A stretch of 64,000 nt of DNA from Acutalibacteraceae bacterium (GCA_045605025.1 JAZUPE010000017.1:1867-65866), one strand, 5' to 3'; positions 9,062-18,399 are shown, counted from the first letter of the stretch. Numbers and translations are program-made. Notes: generated by a model not told the origin, from the letters alone.

Positions 9062-9757
9062 TCAGCAGCTTTCGTCGTTTTCCAGCAGACCGGGGAACAC
9101 GGCTTTGATGATCCGCTCACTGACCGGCAGGAAAAGCTGTACCATGGGACCGATAATGAACGCCGCGGCGATGGTGCCGATACCGAACACTCCGCCAAGC
9201 AGGATGCCGGTGACGGTGAAGATAACGTCGCAGGCGATGCGCACCCACTGGAACCGGATATTGAAGCGGGTGTTGAGTTTATCGGTGAGAATAACGGCGA
9301 TGAGGTCGTTGGGTCCGGTGCCGGAATTGCTGCGGATGACCATGGACATGCCCAGACTGAGGATAACGCAGCCTGCAAGCATAGACACAACGCGCAGGAT
9401 CATGTTGGCTTCGGCATTGATGAAGCCGCCGAGCAGCCAGGAGAACAGGTCGATAATCCATCCGCCGCAGAAAGCACATATAAAGGTTCCCGGCTTGACA
9501 TAGCCTTTTGTTGTGATGAGCATCACAACCATCAGCAGAATGAGCGCAATGACGTGGCAGGTGCCTACCGTCAGTCCGCATTTGTTGGAAATACCCTGAA
9601 TCAGCAGCGTGAAGGTGTCGGTTCCCAGACTGGAAACAAGGAACAAAGCCACACCGAGGTGAGCGATTGTCAGTCCGGCGAACAGCGCGATGAGTCCCTG
9701 AGTCCATTGTTTTATCGAGCGTTTTGAAGTGTCGGCGGCAAACTCTTTCTGAGCCAT
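9062..9757 (-). CDS. YczE/YitT-like integral membrane protein
   Basis: 231 aa with about 6 predicted TM helices. Resembles the YczE/YyaS/YitT membrane family. GAGGT SD upstream. Confidence 0.6.
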   Translation of the reverse strand: MAQKEFAADTSKRSIKQWTQGLIALFAGLTIAHLGVALFLVSSLGTDTFTLLIQGISNKCGLTVGTCHVIALILLMVVMLITTKGYVKPGTFICAFCGGWIIDLFSWLLGGFINAEANMILRVVSMLAGCVILSLGMSMVIRSNSGTGPNDLIAVILTDKLNTRFNIRFQWVRIACDVIFTVTGILLGGVFGIGTIAAAFIIGPMVQLFLPVSERIIKAVFPGLLENDESC

Positions 9758-10018
9758 ATCATTACCTCACATATACTAAAGTCTTAAAGGTACCGGAAAA
9801 TTCTGTCTGGCACATTATAGCACATATGAACCGATATGTCAGTATGTTTTGAGTAATTCGGTTTTTGCTGAGAAATGTAATAATATGAATACTTGAGAAC
9901 AAAAAACAGGTTTAATTAGGATTTTTAAATAATTGCTCAAAATTTTCACGAATTGTGTATTCTTCTACATTTCGCTAATCCTGCTTGAAAAAAATTGACC
10001 GATTGATGAAAATAGATA

Positions 10019-10047
10019 TTGACAAACTGTGAATGGGCAAATATAAT
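10019..10047 (+). promoter_or_regulatory. consensus sigma-A promoter of the sugar ABC operon
   Basis: TTGACA-17 nt-TATAAT, about 200 nt upstream of the SBP start codon. Confidence 0.6.
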
Positions 10048-10250
10048 AAACGCGAAAGGGGAGATGACCCCAAAACGATTGAATCTGACGAAAAGCGTGA
10101 TTCTGCTATATTACATATATATAAAAGTATATAAAAGCCGCTTTTTGCCACACGGATTTCTGTTGGATTCATCAGCGTTCGGGAATAGTTTCCGCCCTGT
10201 GTGGAAATGAAATATCCAAACATTCTCAAAAAAGGAAAGGAAGAAAAACA

Positions 10251-11312
10251 ATGAAGAAAATCCTCGCAATCGTACTCGCAATGCTCATGCTGTTCTCTTG
10301 CGTAGCATGTGCCGGCGCAAAGGTCGATCCCGACAAGCTGGTCGGCGTTTCCATGCCCACCAAGGATCTGCAGCGCTGGATCCAGGACGGCGCCAACATG
10401 AAGGATCAGCTCGAAAAAGCTGGTTATTCCGTTGACCTCCAGTATGCAGGCAACGACATCGCTACTCAGGTTTCTCAGCTCGAAAACATGATCGCCAACG
10501 GCTGTAAGGTTCTGGTTATCTCCGCTATCGACGGCGAATCTCTCGGCACCGTTCTGGCCAAGGCCAAGGAAGCCAAGATTCCCGTTATCGCTTATGACCG
10601 TCTGATCATGAACTCTGACGCTGTTTCCTACTATGCCACTTTCGACAACTGGCTGGTTGGCGTCAAGCAGGGCGAGTATCTCCGCGACAAGCTGGATCTC
10701 GACAATGCTGCCGGTCCCTTCAACATTGAGTTCATCACCGGTGACCCCGGCGACAACAACATCAACTTCTTCTTCGACGGTGCTATGAGCATCCTGCAGC
10801 CCTATCTGGATAGCGGCAAGCTGGTTTGCCCCTCCGGCCAGACTGAGAAGTCCGTCGTTGCTACTGCTAACTGGGCTTCCGATGCTGCTCAGGCTCGTTT
10901 CGAGAACATCCTCGGCACCTACTATGCTGATGGCACCAAGCTGGATGCTGTTATGGCTTCCAACGACTCCACCGCTCTGGGCGTTGCCAACGCTCTCGAG
11001 TCCTCCTACAGCGGCGGCAACACCGTCCTCCTCACCGGTCAGGACTGCGACATCGCTTCCGTTAAGAACATGATCGCCGGCAAGCAGAGCATGTCCATCT
11101 TCAAGGACACCCGTACTCTGGCTGCCAAGACCGTCGAGATGGTCGACGCTCTGATGAAGGGCACCGAGCCTCCCGTAAATGACACCGAGACTTACGACAA
11201 CGGCACTGGTATCATCCCCAGCTTCCTTTGCGAGCCGGTCTTCGCTGACATCAACAATTACGAAGAGCTCCTCATCAAGTCCGGTTACTACACTGCTGAT
11301 CAGCTCAAGTAA
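10251..11312 (+). CDS. sugar ABC transporter substrate-binding lipoprotein (CUT2, ChvE/multiple-sugar-binding type)
   Basis: Lipobox 'FSCVAC'. 'VGVSMPTKDLQRWIQDG...IPVIAYDRLI' is typical of ChvE/XylF-like periplasmic binding proteins. Confidence 0.9.
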   Translation: MKKILAIVLAMLMLFSCVACAGAKVDPDKLVGVSMPTKDLQRWIQDGANMKDQLEKAGYSVDLQYAGNDIATQVSQLENMIANGCKVLVISAIDGESLGTVLAKAKEAKIPVIAYDRLIMNSDAVSYYATFDNWLVGVKQGEYLRDKLDLDNAAGPFNIEFITGDPGDNNINFFFDGAMSILQPYLDSGKLVCPSGQTEKSVVATANWASDAAQARFENILGTYYADGTKLDAVMASNDSTALGVANALESSYSGGNTVLLTGQDCDIASVKNMIAGKQSMSIFKDTRTLAAKTVEMVDALMKGTEPPVNDTETYDNGTGIIPSFLCEPVFADINNYEELLIKSGYYTADQLK

Positions 11313-11365
11313 TCTTACCCAAGGCAACCTAACTATACAATTTCAGTATAGCTTAACTTAAAGGG

Positions 11366-11401
11366 GATGCAGGCGGTTCATCCGCCTGCATCTTTCTTCT
11401 T
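11366..11401 (+). terminator. intercistronic hairpin with T-run between the SBP and ATPase genes (partial terminator or mRNA stabiliser)
   Basis: Stem GATGCAGGCGG / CCGCCTGCATC, loop TTCAT, followed by TTTCTTCTT. Confidence 0.6.
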
Positions 11402-11424
11402 ATAACGACAACGGAGGAAGTAAC

Positions 11425-13002
11425 ATGGCAAAAGTACTTCTTGAAATGAGAAATATCGTCAAAGAATTCTCCGGCGTCAGAGCGCTGAATGACGTTAACT
11501 TCAAGGTAGAAGAGGGCGAGATTCACGCGCTGATCGGCGAAAACGGCGCGGGTAAATCCACGCTGATGAACGTCCTGTCCGGCGTTTTCCCCCATGGTAA
11601 CTACCAGGGCGAAATCATCTTTGACGGAAATGTATGCCGCTTCAACACCATTAAAGACAGTGAGAAAAAAGGCATCGTAATCATTCATCAGGAACTGGCA
11701 CTTATCCCTTACATGAGCATTGGTGAAAATATGTTCCTCGGCAACGAGCAGGGAGCAAGATTCGCCATTGACTGGAATAAAACACATACAGAAGCTGAAA
11801 AGCATCTGAGAACAGTTGGTCTTTCCGAATCTTCCCATACGCTGATCAAAGATATCGGCGTTGGTAAGCAGCAGCTGGTTGAAATCGCAAAGGCACTTGC
11901 GAAAAACGCCCGTCTGCTGATTCTGGATGAGCCTACATCCTCGCTCAACGAATCCGACTCCAAGGCGCTTCTCGATCTGCTGCTCAGACTCAAGCAGGAA
12001 GGCTTAACTTCGATTATTATCTCTCATAAACTAAATGAGGTATCATACGTAGCCGATTCCATTACTATTCTGCGCGACGGCGCGACCATTGAAACCCTTG
12101 ACAATCGCAACAGAGGAGATATTTCCGAGGCCCGCATCATTCAGGGCATGGTTGGTCGAGAGATTTCCGACCGATTCCCCAAGCGTCCCGATGTGCAGGT
12201 CGGCGATGTTCAGCTTGAAGTCAAGAACTGGAACGTATACCATCCCCTTTATACCGAGCGCAAAGTGGTTGACGATGTCAGCATCAATGTGCGCAAGGGC
12301 GAGGTTATCGGCATCTACGGTCTGATGGGCGCGGGACGTACCGAGCTGGCGATGAGTATCTTTGGCAGAAGTTACGGCACCGCCATTTCCGGCGATCTGC
12401 TGCTGGACGGCAAGCCTGTCCATCTCAGGAACGCACTGGACGCCATCAATCACAAGATCGCGTACGTTACCGAGGACAGAAAGGGCAACGGTCTGATCCT
12501 CAGCAACTCCATCAAGACAAACACTTCTCTGGCAAACCTTAAGGGCGTGTCAAAGCGCGGCGTCATTGACGGTGACCTCGAGCAGGCAGCTGCCATTGAG
12601 TACCGCGAAAAGCTCAAGACCAAGTGTACCTCGGTTGAACAGCTCGTCGGCAGCCTCTCCGGCGGTAACCAGCAGAAGGTTCTGCTGGCCAAATGGATGT
12701 TTGCCGGTCCCGATGTACTTATTCTCGATGAGCCGACCAGAGGTATCGACGTCGGCGCGAAGTACGAGATCTACTGCATCATCAACCAGCTTGCCGCCGA
12801 AGGCAAGTCGGTTATCATGATCTCTTCCGAGCTGCCCGAGGTTCTGGGCATGAGCGACCGCATCTACGTTATGAACGAAGGCCGCATGGTCGCAGAGCTG
12901 CCCGCGGAGGAAGCCACTCAGGAGATCATTATGGAGCACATCATGCGTTCCACCAGAGATGTCACCGCAAATGTTGCTAAAGATGAAGTCAAAGGAGCGT
13001 AA
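11425..13002 (+). CDS. sugar ABC transporter ATP-binding protein (two ABC domains, GguA/XylG type)
   Basis: Walker A 'GENGAGKST', a second Walker A 'GLMGAGRTE', signature 'LSGGNQQK'. GGAGGA SD upstream. Confidence 0.9.
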   Translation: MAKVLLEMRNIVKEFSGVRALNDVNFKVEEGEIHALIGENGAGKSTLMNVLSGVFPHGNYQGEIIFDGNVCRFNTIKDSEKKGIVIIHQELALIPYMSIGENMFLGNEQGARFAIDWNKTHTEAEKHLRTVGLSESSHTLIKDIGVGKQQLVEIAKALAKNARLLILDEPTSSLNESDSKALLDLLLRLKQEGLTSIIISHKLNEVSYVADSITILRDGATIETLDNRNRGDISEARIIQGMVGREISDRFPKRPDVQVGDVQLEVKNWNVYHPLYTERKVVDDVSINVRKGEVIGIYGLMGAGRTELAMSIFGRSYGTAISGDLLLDGKPVHLRNALDAINHKIAYVTEDRKGNGLILSNSIKTNTSLANLKGVSKRGVIDGDLEQAAAIEYREKLKTKCTSVEQLVGSLSGGNQQKVLLAKWMFAGPDVLILDEPTRGIDVGAKYEIYCIINQLAAEGKSVIMISSELPEVLGMSDRIYVMNEGRMVAELPAEEATQEIIMEHIMRSTRDVTANVAKDEVKGA

Positions 13003-13008
13003 AATACT

Positions 13009-14184
13009 ATGACCAACAAGAAATCTGTTTCCGCATGGGTACAGAAATATACCATGCTTATCGTTCTGGCTCTGGTTACGCTGTTCTTTACACTCGGAAC
13101 CGGCGGAGCAATTCTCAGACCCATGAACATCACCAACCTCATCGCCCAGAACGCCTACGTTTTCGTTCTGGCAACCGGTATGCTTCTGTGCATACTCACC
13201 GGCGGGAACATTGACCTGTCCGTCGGTTCTGTAGTCTGCTTCGTCGGTGCCGTCGGCGCCGAAATGATGACCAAGGGCATCAATATGTGGATCTGCGTGG
13301 CTGCTATGCTGCTCATCGGTCTGCTCATCGGTGCATGGCAGGCATTCTGGATCGCCTATGTGCGTGTCCCGCCGTTTATCGTCACCCTCGCCGGCATGCT
13401 TATTTTCCGCGGTCTTTCCAACGTCGTTCTCGAAGGTATGACCGTTTCCGTTGAAGACGAGACCTTTGTCAAGATCTTCGGCGGCGGCGCAAACTGCTAT
13501 CTGCCCGATTTCCTGGGCGGCGGAAGCGTTAACCTGCTGACTATCGTTGTCGGTGTTGTTGTCTGCGCCATGTTTGTTTTCATGCAGATCAACAGCCGCA
13601 AGAACAGACTCAGCAAGGGCTTTGAGGTTGAAAGCCTCACTTCCATGATCACCAAGACTGTTCTGATCGTTGCTGTTATCGCTTTCTTTACCTTCCAGCT
13701 CAGCCAGTACAAGGGTATCCCCACCGCTCTGGTATGGGTCGTAGTAATCATTGCCATCTACGCCTACATCACCTCCAAGACCACCACCGGTCGTTATCTG
13801 TACGCTGTCGGCGGCAACGAAAAAGCCACCAAGCTGTCCGGTATCGACACCAACAAGGTCTACTTCTTCGCTTACACCAACATGGGTCTGCTGGCTGCCT
13901 TCGCAGGTATGCTCACCATTGCCCGTATGACTTCCGCTCAGCCCACCTACGGCCAGAACTATGAGATGGATGCCATCGGCTCCTGCTTCATCGGCGGCGC
14001 TTCCGCTTACGGCGGAATCGGTACCGTTCCCGGCGTTATCGTCGGTGCTATCCTGATGGGTGTTATCAACCTCGGCATGAGCATCATGGGCGTTGACGCC
14101 AACTGGCAGAAGGTCGTCAAGGGTCTGGTTCTGCTTGCGGCTGTCATCTTCGACATCGTTTCCAAGCGTTCCAAGAACAACTGA
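13009..14184 (+). CDS. sugar ABC transporter permease (GguB/XylH type)
   Basis: 391 aa, multi-TM. 'YLYAVGGNEKATKLSGI' is typical of CUT2 permeases. AAGGAG SD upstream. Confidence 0.9.
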   Translation: MTNKKSVSAWVQKYTMLIVLALVTLFFTLGTGGAILRPMNITNLIAQNAYVFVLATGMLLCILTGGNIDLSVGSVVCFVGAVGAEMMTKGINMWICVAAMLLIGLLIGAWQAFWIAYVRVPPFIVTLAGMLIFRGLSNVVLEGMTVSVEDETFVKIFGGGANCYLPDFLGGGSVNLLTIVVGVVVCAMFVFMQINSRKNRLSKGFEVESLTSMITKTVLIVAVIAFFTFQLSQYKGIPTALVWVVVIIAIYAYITSKTTTGRYLYAVGGNEKATKLSGIDTNKVYFFAYTNMGLLAAFAGMLTIARMTSAQPTYGQNYEMDAIGSCFIGGASAYGGIGTVPGVIVGAILMGVINLGMSIMGVDANWQKVVKGLVLLAAVIFDIVSKRSKNN

Positions 14185-14196
14185 TAACCTTTCAGC

Positions 14197-14655
14197 ATGA
14201 GCGAAAGAATCAATCAGTTGGAGAGGCTGTATTCGGAGTACCTGCGTGATATCGAGCGCATTACTCAGGAGCATTTCAATCTGCGCGGCGCGTTCAGCCG
14301 TCTGTTTGGCGGCTCTGCTGCCGGCCCCGGTTCGGACAGCTGCAACGACCGTTTTTCCGACGGCATCAGACAGTTTGTTGACCGGACAGTCGCGGAGTCT
14401 CCTTCTTCCGCAGAAGCCGCACAGATTATCGCGTACGTGACCGATGTCCGGCGTGAGAGTGACTGCTCACAGGGGGCACGGCTCATGATGCAGGCGGTGC
14501 ACGGATATCTTCTGCCGCTGGTGAAATTCCTTTCACCGGAGGACGCGAAGATCCTCTACGGGAAATACCGGGATTATCTTTCGGATAATCCTCCGCTTCC
14601 GGTTCAGAAACAGCTTGCCGATGCCATGAGCAGTCGTGCAGGAATTTCCGGCTGA
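14197..14655 (+). CDS. hypothetical protein (152 aa), apparently co-transcribed with the ABC operon
   Basis: Starts 12 nt after the permease stop, before the shared terminator. Host-like codon usage. No recognisable motif and a weak SD. Confidence 0.45.
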   Translation: MSERINQLERLYSEYLRDIERITQEHFNLRGAFSRLFGGSAAGPGSDSCNDRFSDGIRQFVDRTVAESPSSAEAAQIIAYVTDVRRESDCSQGARLMMQAVHGYLLPLVKFLSPEDAKILYGKYRDYLSDNPPLPVQKQLADAMSSRAGISG

Positions 14656-14673
14656 TTACAAAAACAAACAGAA

Positions 14674-14716
14674 ACCGCCCGGCGTGATCGTCCTGATCGC
14701 GTCGGGCGGCTTTTTA
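14674..14716. terminator. bidirectional rho-independent terminator (ABC operon / GH3 gene)
   Basis: GC-rich stem CCGCCCGGCG...CGCGTCGGGCGG (one bulge), followed by TTTTTAT. Lies between convergent genes. Confidence 0.65.
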
Positions 14717-14730
14717 TGTTTGGAGGGGAA

Positions 14731-17523
14731 TTATTCGATTGGTCTTCCGGTAAAAGGTGCTGCTGCCGAAATGCGGGTGATGCGGATTTCCTTGATATCC
14801 AGACCGCCGACAGCAAAGAAGAACTTGACATAGAAACTGCGCTGTATTCTGATCTCCAGTGTTTCGACGGAGAAGGTCTGCCATTCTTTTTCCGCGCCGG
14901 TGAACACATGAGAGCCCAGCAGGAAGGATTCGATAAACGTGGAGACGGGCAGCTGAGCGGTGTCGGGCATATCGGCGGAAGCTCTGCAGGTGATGGAAAT
15001 GCGGTACTTTCCGTACTGATCAAGATTCATACGGTATAGGAGCTTCTTGCCGCCGATGAGTTCGATGTCTTTTCCGTCCACCACGACTTCATCACCCACC
15101 TCCAGCTCGGGAACATGGAGGATAACGTCGCCCTCGTCGTCACGGAGCTGCTGGAGCTGCCGGTCGGTTTCGCTTATCTCGCCGATAAACCGGCGGAAGG
15201 CGGGAGTTTCTGCGACAAACCGGCAGATGTTCATGGCGCACCGCTGGTACTCTGCGCGGGTTACGGTTCCCATCGCGAGGCTCTCGGCCGAATCGTCGTT
15301 TCCGGTGTTTTCGGAGGGATTGCTGGTTACCATGAACAGATCGTTCTGGGCGCGGATCATGGAAGCTACGTTGGAGAAGGAAGGCTCTTTGCCCTCCTCG
15401 GACCCCATTGCCCACCAGTCGGTCATGACTATGCCGTCAAAGCCCCATTCCTTGCGCAGGATTGTGGTGACAAGATCGTAGTGGCTTGCGGTCCAGCATC
15501 CGTTCAGGGGATTGTATGTGGTCATTACCGAACGTGCGCCGCCCTCGCGGACAGCGATCTCAAAGCCTTTGAGATAAATCTCACGCAGGGCGCGCTCGGA
15601 AACAATGGCGTTCACCTGACGGCGGTAGTATTCCTGATTGTTGCTGGCGTAGTGCTTGATGGTGCCGGTGACACCGCTCTGACGCAGTCCCTTCAGCTGA
15701 GCGCATGCCAAGCGTCCGGTTACGAGGGGATCTTCGGAGAAATATTCAAAGTTTCTGCCGTTGAGCGGGTGGCGGTGGATGTTCATGCCCGGACCGAGCA
15801 GGTTGTCCACCTGATACTTGCGCATCTCAAGGCCTTCCATTATGTACAGCTCAGCCACAAGCTCCTCGTTCCACGAGCATGCCTGACAGGTGCCGTTGGG
15901 CATGGAGAATGCTGTGTTGCCGCAGTCCATGCGGATGCCGCTGGGGCCGTCAGCGCAGCAGGCGGTGGGAATACCGAACTGATCCTTAAGGCGGTCGGTA
16001 ACGCCTCCGAAGGCTCCGGCAGTGCCGGGGGTGACGCGGGGAGAACTCATGCCTTCGCCGCGCACAACGCAGCAGAGGTCATCGTCGGTGAACTGGGCAA
16101 TGAATTCCTCATAGGTACATTTCCCGGATACGGCATCAGCCAGCTTGAGTCCGTTGTATCCTGTTTGATCTATTCCGGAAGGCAGCCGTTCCGCACGCTT
16201 TGCGGTATGGGGAATCAGCTGCAGGGGAGTGGGCTCGTATTCCTCGCGTCCGTCCACCGGATGCAGACGACGGAACTGCTCTGTGGGAGCGCAAGCCTGC
16301 TCGTGCTGTGAAATTACCAGCGTGTTTTCAAGCTCGAAGGAACCCGCTTCGGTAAGTGAACGAACGCTGTGACCGGCGAGGATTGTGTATGTACCTTCCT
16401 CAAGCACAAAACAGCAGCGGCTGCCGGTGATGCCGCTATCGTCGTAGGAGGCCAGACGGTCAGACGGGATGGTGAGTTCCAGTTCGGTGGTCTGACCGGG
16501 CTGCAGGATTTCCGTCTTTGCAAATCCGCAGAGGGTGAGAGCGGGCTTTCCAAGCCTTCCCTGAGGCAGACGGGCATACACCTGAACGACTTCCTTGCCG
16601 GGAACCTCGCCGGTGTTTGTCACGGCATGGCGCAGCTTTGCGCAGGTTCCGTTCCAGGAGAAACCCACGGACGTATGGGAGAATTCCGTATAGGAAAGAC
16701 CATCACCGAAGTGGTAGAGAACCCTTTCGGGAGCCAGTGTCTCAAAGTATCTGTATCCGACGTAAATATCTTCGGCGTAGACGACCTTTTCCTTGTCGCC
16801 GAAATTGGCGGCAGATGGATAATCGGATACGCTGCGGGCGATGGTGTCGGTCAGGCGTCCGCTGGGATTGACTTTTCCGCACAGTACGTGGGCGACACCG
16901 GTGCCGCCCTCCTGACCGCCCTGCCAGACATACATGACCGCGGCGGGCTGATATTTTTCCACCCACGTCATATCGATGATATTGCCTGTGTTGAGCAGAA
17001 CAACGGTGCGGCTGAAGTGGCGGCAGACGACGTCAAGCATCTGTTCCTCGCCTTCGGTGAGCTTCCAGCTGCCGGGTTCGTCCATGTTGTCGCGATCTTC
17101 GCCGGCGGTGCGTCCGATGATGACAAAGGCGGCATCGTTGCAGAGCGCTGCGGCGCGTACAAGATCTTCTTCAAGGGGCATTTCCTGCTGGAACCAGGGA
17201 TGGCGCGCCCAGCCGTCACCTATCTCAAAGGGATGATCCTCGACCCACTGCTCATAAGCGGCGCGCACGCTGCTGTCGAGAGCGTAATCGCCGCTGTTGT
17301 TCAGCGCTTCATAGATTCCGGTGACATAGCGGGTGTTGACAAGGCCGCCGGAGCCAAGACCGCTCTTGAAATAGTTCATCTGAGTGCGTCCGAACAGAGC
17401 GACACGGCTTCCGGGAAGAACCGGCAGAGCGTGGTTTTCGTTGCGGAGAAGAACGCAGCCCTCGGCGATTACCTGCCTCGCGAGAGCAGCGAACCGGTCA
17501 TAAGAAAAAATATTTCGGCTCAT
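14731..17523 (-). CDS. GH3 beta-glucosidase with permuted domain order plus a C-terminal beta-sandwich-like extension
   Basis: The N-terminal half resembles the GH3 C-terminal and Fn3-like domains ('LLRNENHALPV', 'VNPSGRLTDT', 'FGDGLSYTEF'). The C-terminal half holds the GH3 catalytic domain ('KHYASNNQE', 'GIVMTDWWA'). Start moved to MSRNIF, with GGAGG upstream. Confidence 0.9.
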   Translation of the reverse strand: MSRNIFSYDRFAALARQVIAEGCVLLRNENHALPVLPGSRVALFGRTQMNYFKSGLGSGGLVNTRYVTGIYEALNNSGDYALDSSVRAAYEQWVEDHPFEIGDGWARHPWFQQEMPLEEDLVRAAALCNDAAFVIIGRTAGEDRDNMDEPGSWKLTEGEEQMLDVVCRHFSRTVVLLNTGNIIDMTWVEKYQPAAVMYVWQGGQEGGTGVAHVLCGKVNPSGRLTDTIARSVSDYPSAANFGDKEKVVYAEDIYVGYRYFETLAPERVLYHFGDGLSYTEFSHTSVGFSWNGTCAKLRHAVTNTGEVPGKEVVQVYARLPQGRLGKPALTLCGFAKTEILQPGQTTELELTIPSDRLASYDDSGITGSRCCFVLEEGTYTILAGHSVRSLTEAGSFELENTLVISQHEQACAPTEQFRRLHPVDGREEYEPTPLQLIPHTAKRAERLPSGIDQTGYNGLKLADAVSGKCTYEEFIAQFTDDDLCCVVRGEGMSSPRVTPGTAGAFGGVTDRLKDQFGIPTACCADGPSGIRMDCGNTAFSMPNGTCQACSWNEELVAELYIMEGLEMRKYQVDNLLGPGMNIHRHPLNGRNFEYFSEDPLVTGRLACAQLKGLRQSGVTGTIKHYASNNQEYYRRQVNAIVSERALREIYLKGFEIAVREGGARSVMTTYNPLNGCWTASHYDLVTTILRKEWGFDGIVMTDWWAMGSEEGKEPSFSNVASMIRAQNDLFMVTSNPSENTGNDDSAESLAMGTVTRAEYQRCAMNICRFVAETPAFRRFIGEISETDRQLQQLRDDEGDVILHVPELEVGDEVVVDGKDIELIGGKKLLYRMNLDQYGKYRISITCRASADMPDTAQLPVSTFIESFLLGSHVFTGAEKEWQTFSVETLEIRIQRSFYVKFFFAVGGLDIKEIRITRISAAAPFTGRPIE

Positions 17524-17581
17524 TTTCAGATACCTCCGAAAAGTATTGAGTCTGCATTTGTAAACGATTTCGCTGCTGAGT

Positions 17582-17610
17582 AATATAGCACATACCTGCA
17601 GCTTTCTCAA
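17582..17610 (-). promoter_or_regulatory. sigma-A-type promoter of the GH3 gene
   Basis: Minus strand reads TTGAGA-17 nt-TATATT. A C8 tract (17611-17618) lies immediately upstream of the -35. Confidence 0.5.
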
Positions 17611-17692
17611 GGGGGGGGAAGGTTTTTTGAAATTCCGTAAAAATGTGCGTTCCGGATGTGCATTAATTGCTCACGCGGCACGCTGACGGATT

Positions 17693-17735
17693 AAAAAATC
17701 CGCCCGATCCGGTCTGCGGAAACCGGTTCGGGCGG
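17693..17735 (-). terminator. rho-independent terminator after the HAD hydrolase gene
   Basis: 14-bp stem CCGCCCGATCCGGT / ACCGGTTCGGGCGG (1 mismatch), followed by T6 on the minus strand. Confidence 0.75.
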
Positions 17736-17743
17736 TGAAAGTG

Positions 17744-18394
17744 CTATAAAAGAATACCGCGAAGATCCGCTACGCTTCCGGCAATAACATCGGCACCCGC
17801 GTTTTCCAGTTCGGATCTGTCTCCGTATCCGTAAAGAACACCCAGAGAGGCAAGACCGGTTTTTGAGGCACCGATGACATCGTGCTCGCGGTCACCGATC
17901 ATAACACACTGAGAGCGATCGCTGATGCCGGCAAGCGTCAAGGCGTATTCAATGACCTCGTCCTTTTTTGAGCGGGTTCCGTCCAGCTCGCAGCCGGAAA
18001 GATAATCAAAATACTGGCTGAGCGAAAAATGCTCAAGTATTATCTCTGCGAAAACGGAAGGTTTGGAAGTGGCGAGAATGACCGTGCGTCCGGCAGCTTT
18101 CAGATCGCTCAACAGCTCCGGAATTCCCGGGTACACTTCGTTTTCAAAAATGCCTCTGTCGCGGTAGTACTCGCGATAAAACGCCACGGCACGCACAGCG
18201 TCCTTGCCGGAAAAACCGTACTGCTGCATAAAAGTATCGTGCAGGGGCGGCCCCACAAAAAAAGTGAGAGAAGCAGGGTCGTCGATATGAATGCCGAAGC
18301 GCTCAAGGGCATACGCGGCGGAACGGGTGATTCCCGGCTGTGAATCAGTCACCGTGCCGTCAAGATCAAAAAGCAGATATTGTTTATCGCGCAA
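17744..18394 (-). CDS. HAD-superfamily phosphatase (phosphoglycolate phosphatase/PpaX-like)
   Basis: 'LLFDLDGTVTDS' is HAD motif I; 'IGDREHDVIGA' is motif IV. TTG start with GAGGT 9 nt upstream. Confidence 0.85.
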   Translation of the reverse strand: MRDKQYLLFDLDGTVTDSQPGITRSAAYALERFGIHIDDPASLTFFVGPPLHDTFMQQYGFSGKDAVRAVAFYREYYRDRGIFENEVYPGIPELLSDLKAAGRTVILATSKPSVFAEIILEHFSLSQYFDYLSGCELDGTRSKKDEVIEYALTLAGISDRSQCVMIGDREHDVIGASKTGLASLGVLYGYGDRSELENAGADVIAGSVADLRGILL

Positions 18395-18399
18395 GATTA

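Noticed and set aside
9975-14274. Long minus-strand ORFs 9975-11327 (450 aa) and 12550-14274 (574 aa)
   Set aside because: They are antisense to the SBP, ATPase and permease genes, which carry unambiguous motifs. Their translations are low-complexity (G/D/V/A/H/S-rich), lack SD sequences and lack any domain signature. This is typical of stop-poor antisense frames in GC3-rich genes.
15115-17583. Plus-strand ORFs 15115-16311 (398 aa) and 16369-17583 (404 aa)
   Set aside because: They are antisense to the GH3 gene and have no recognisable domains or RBS.
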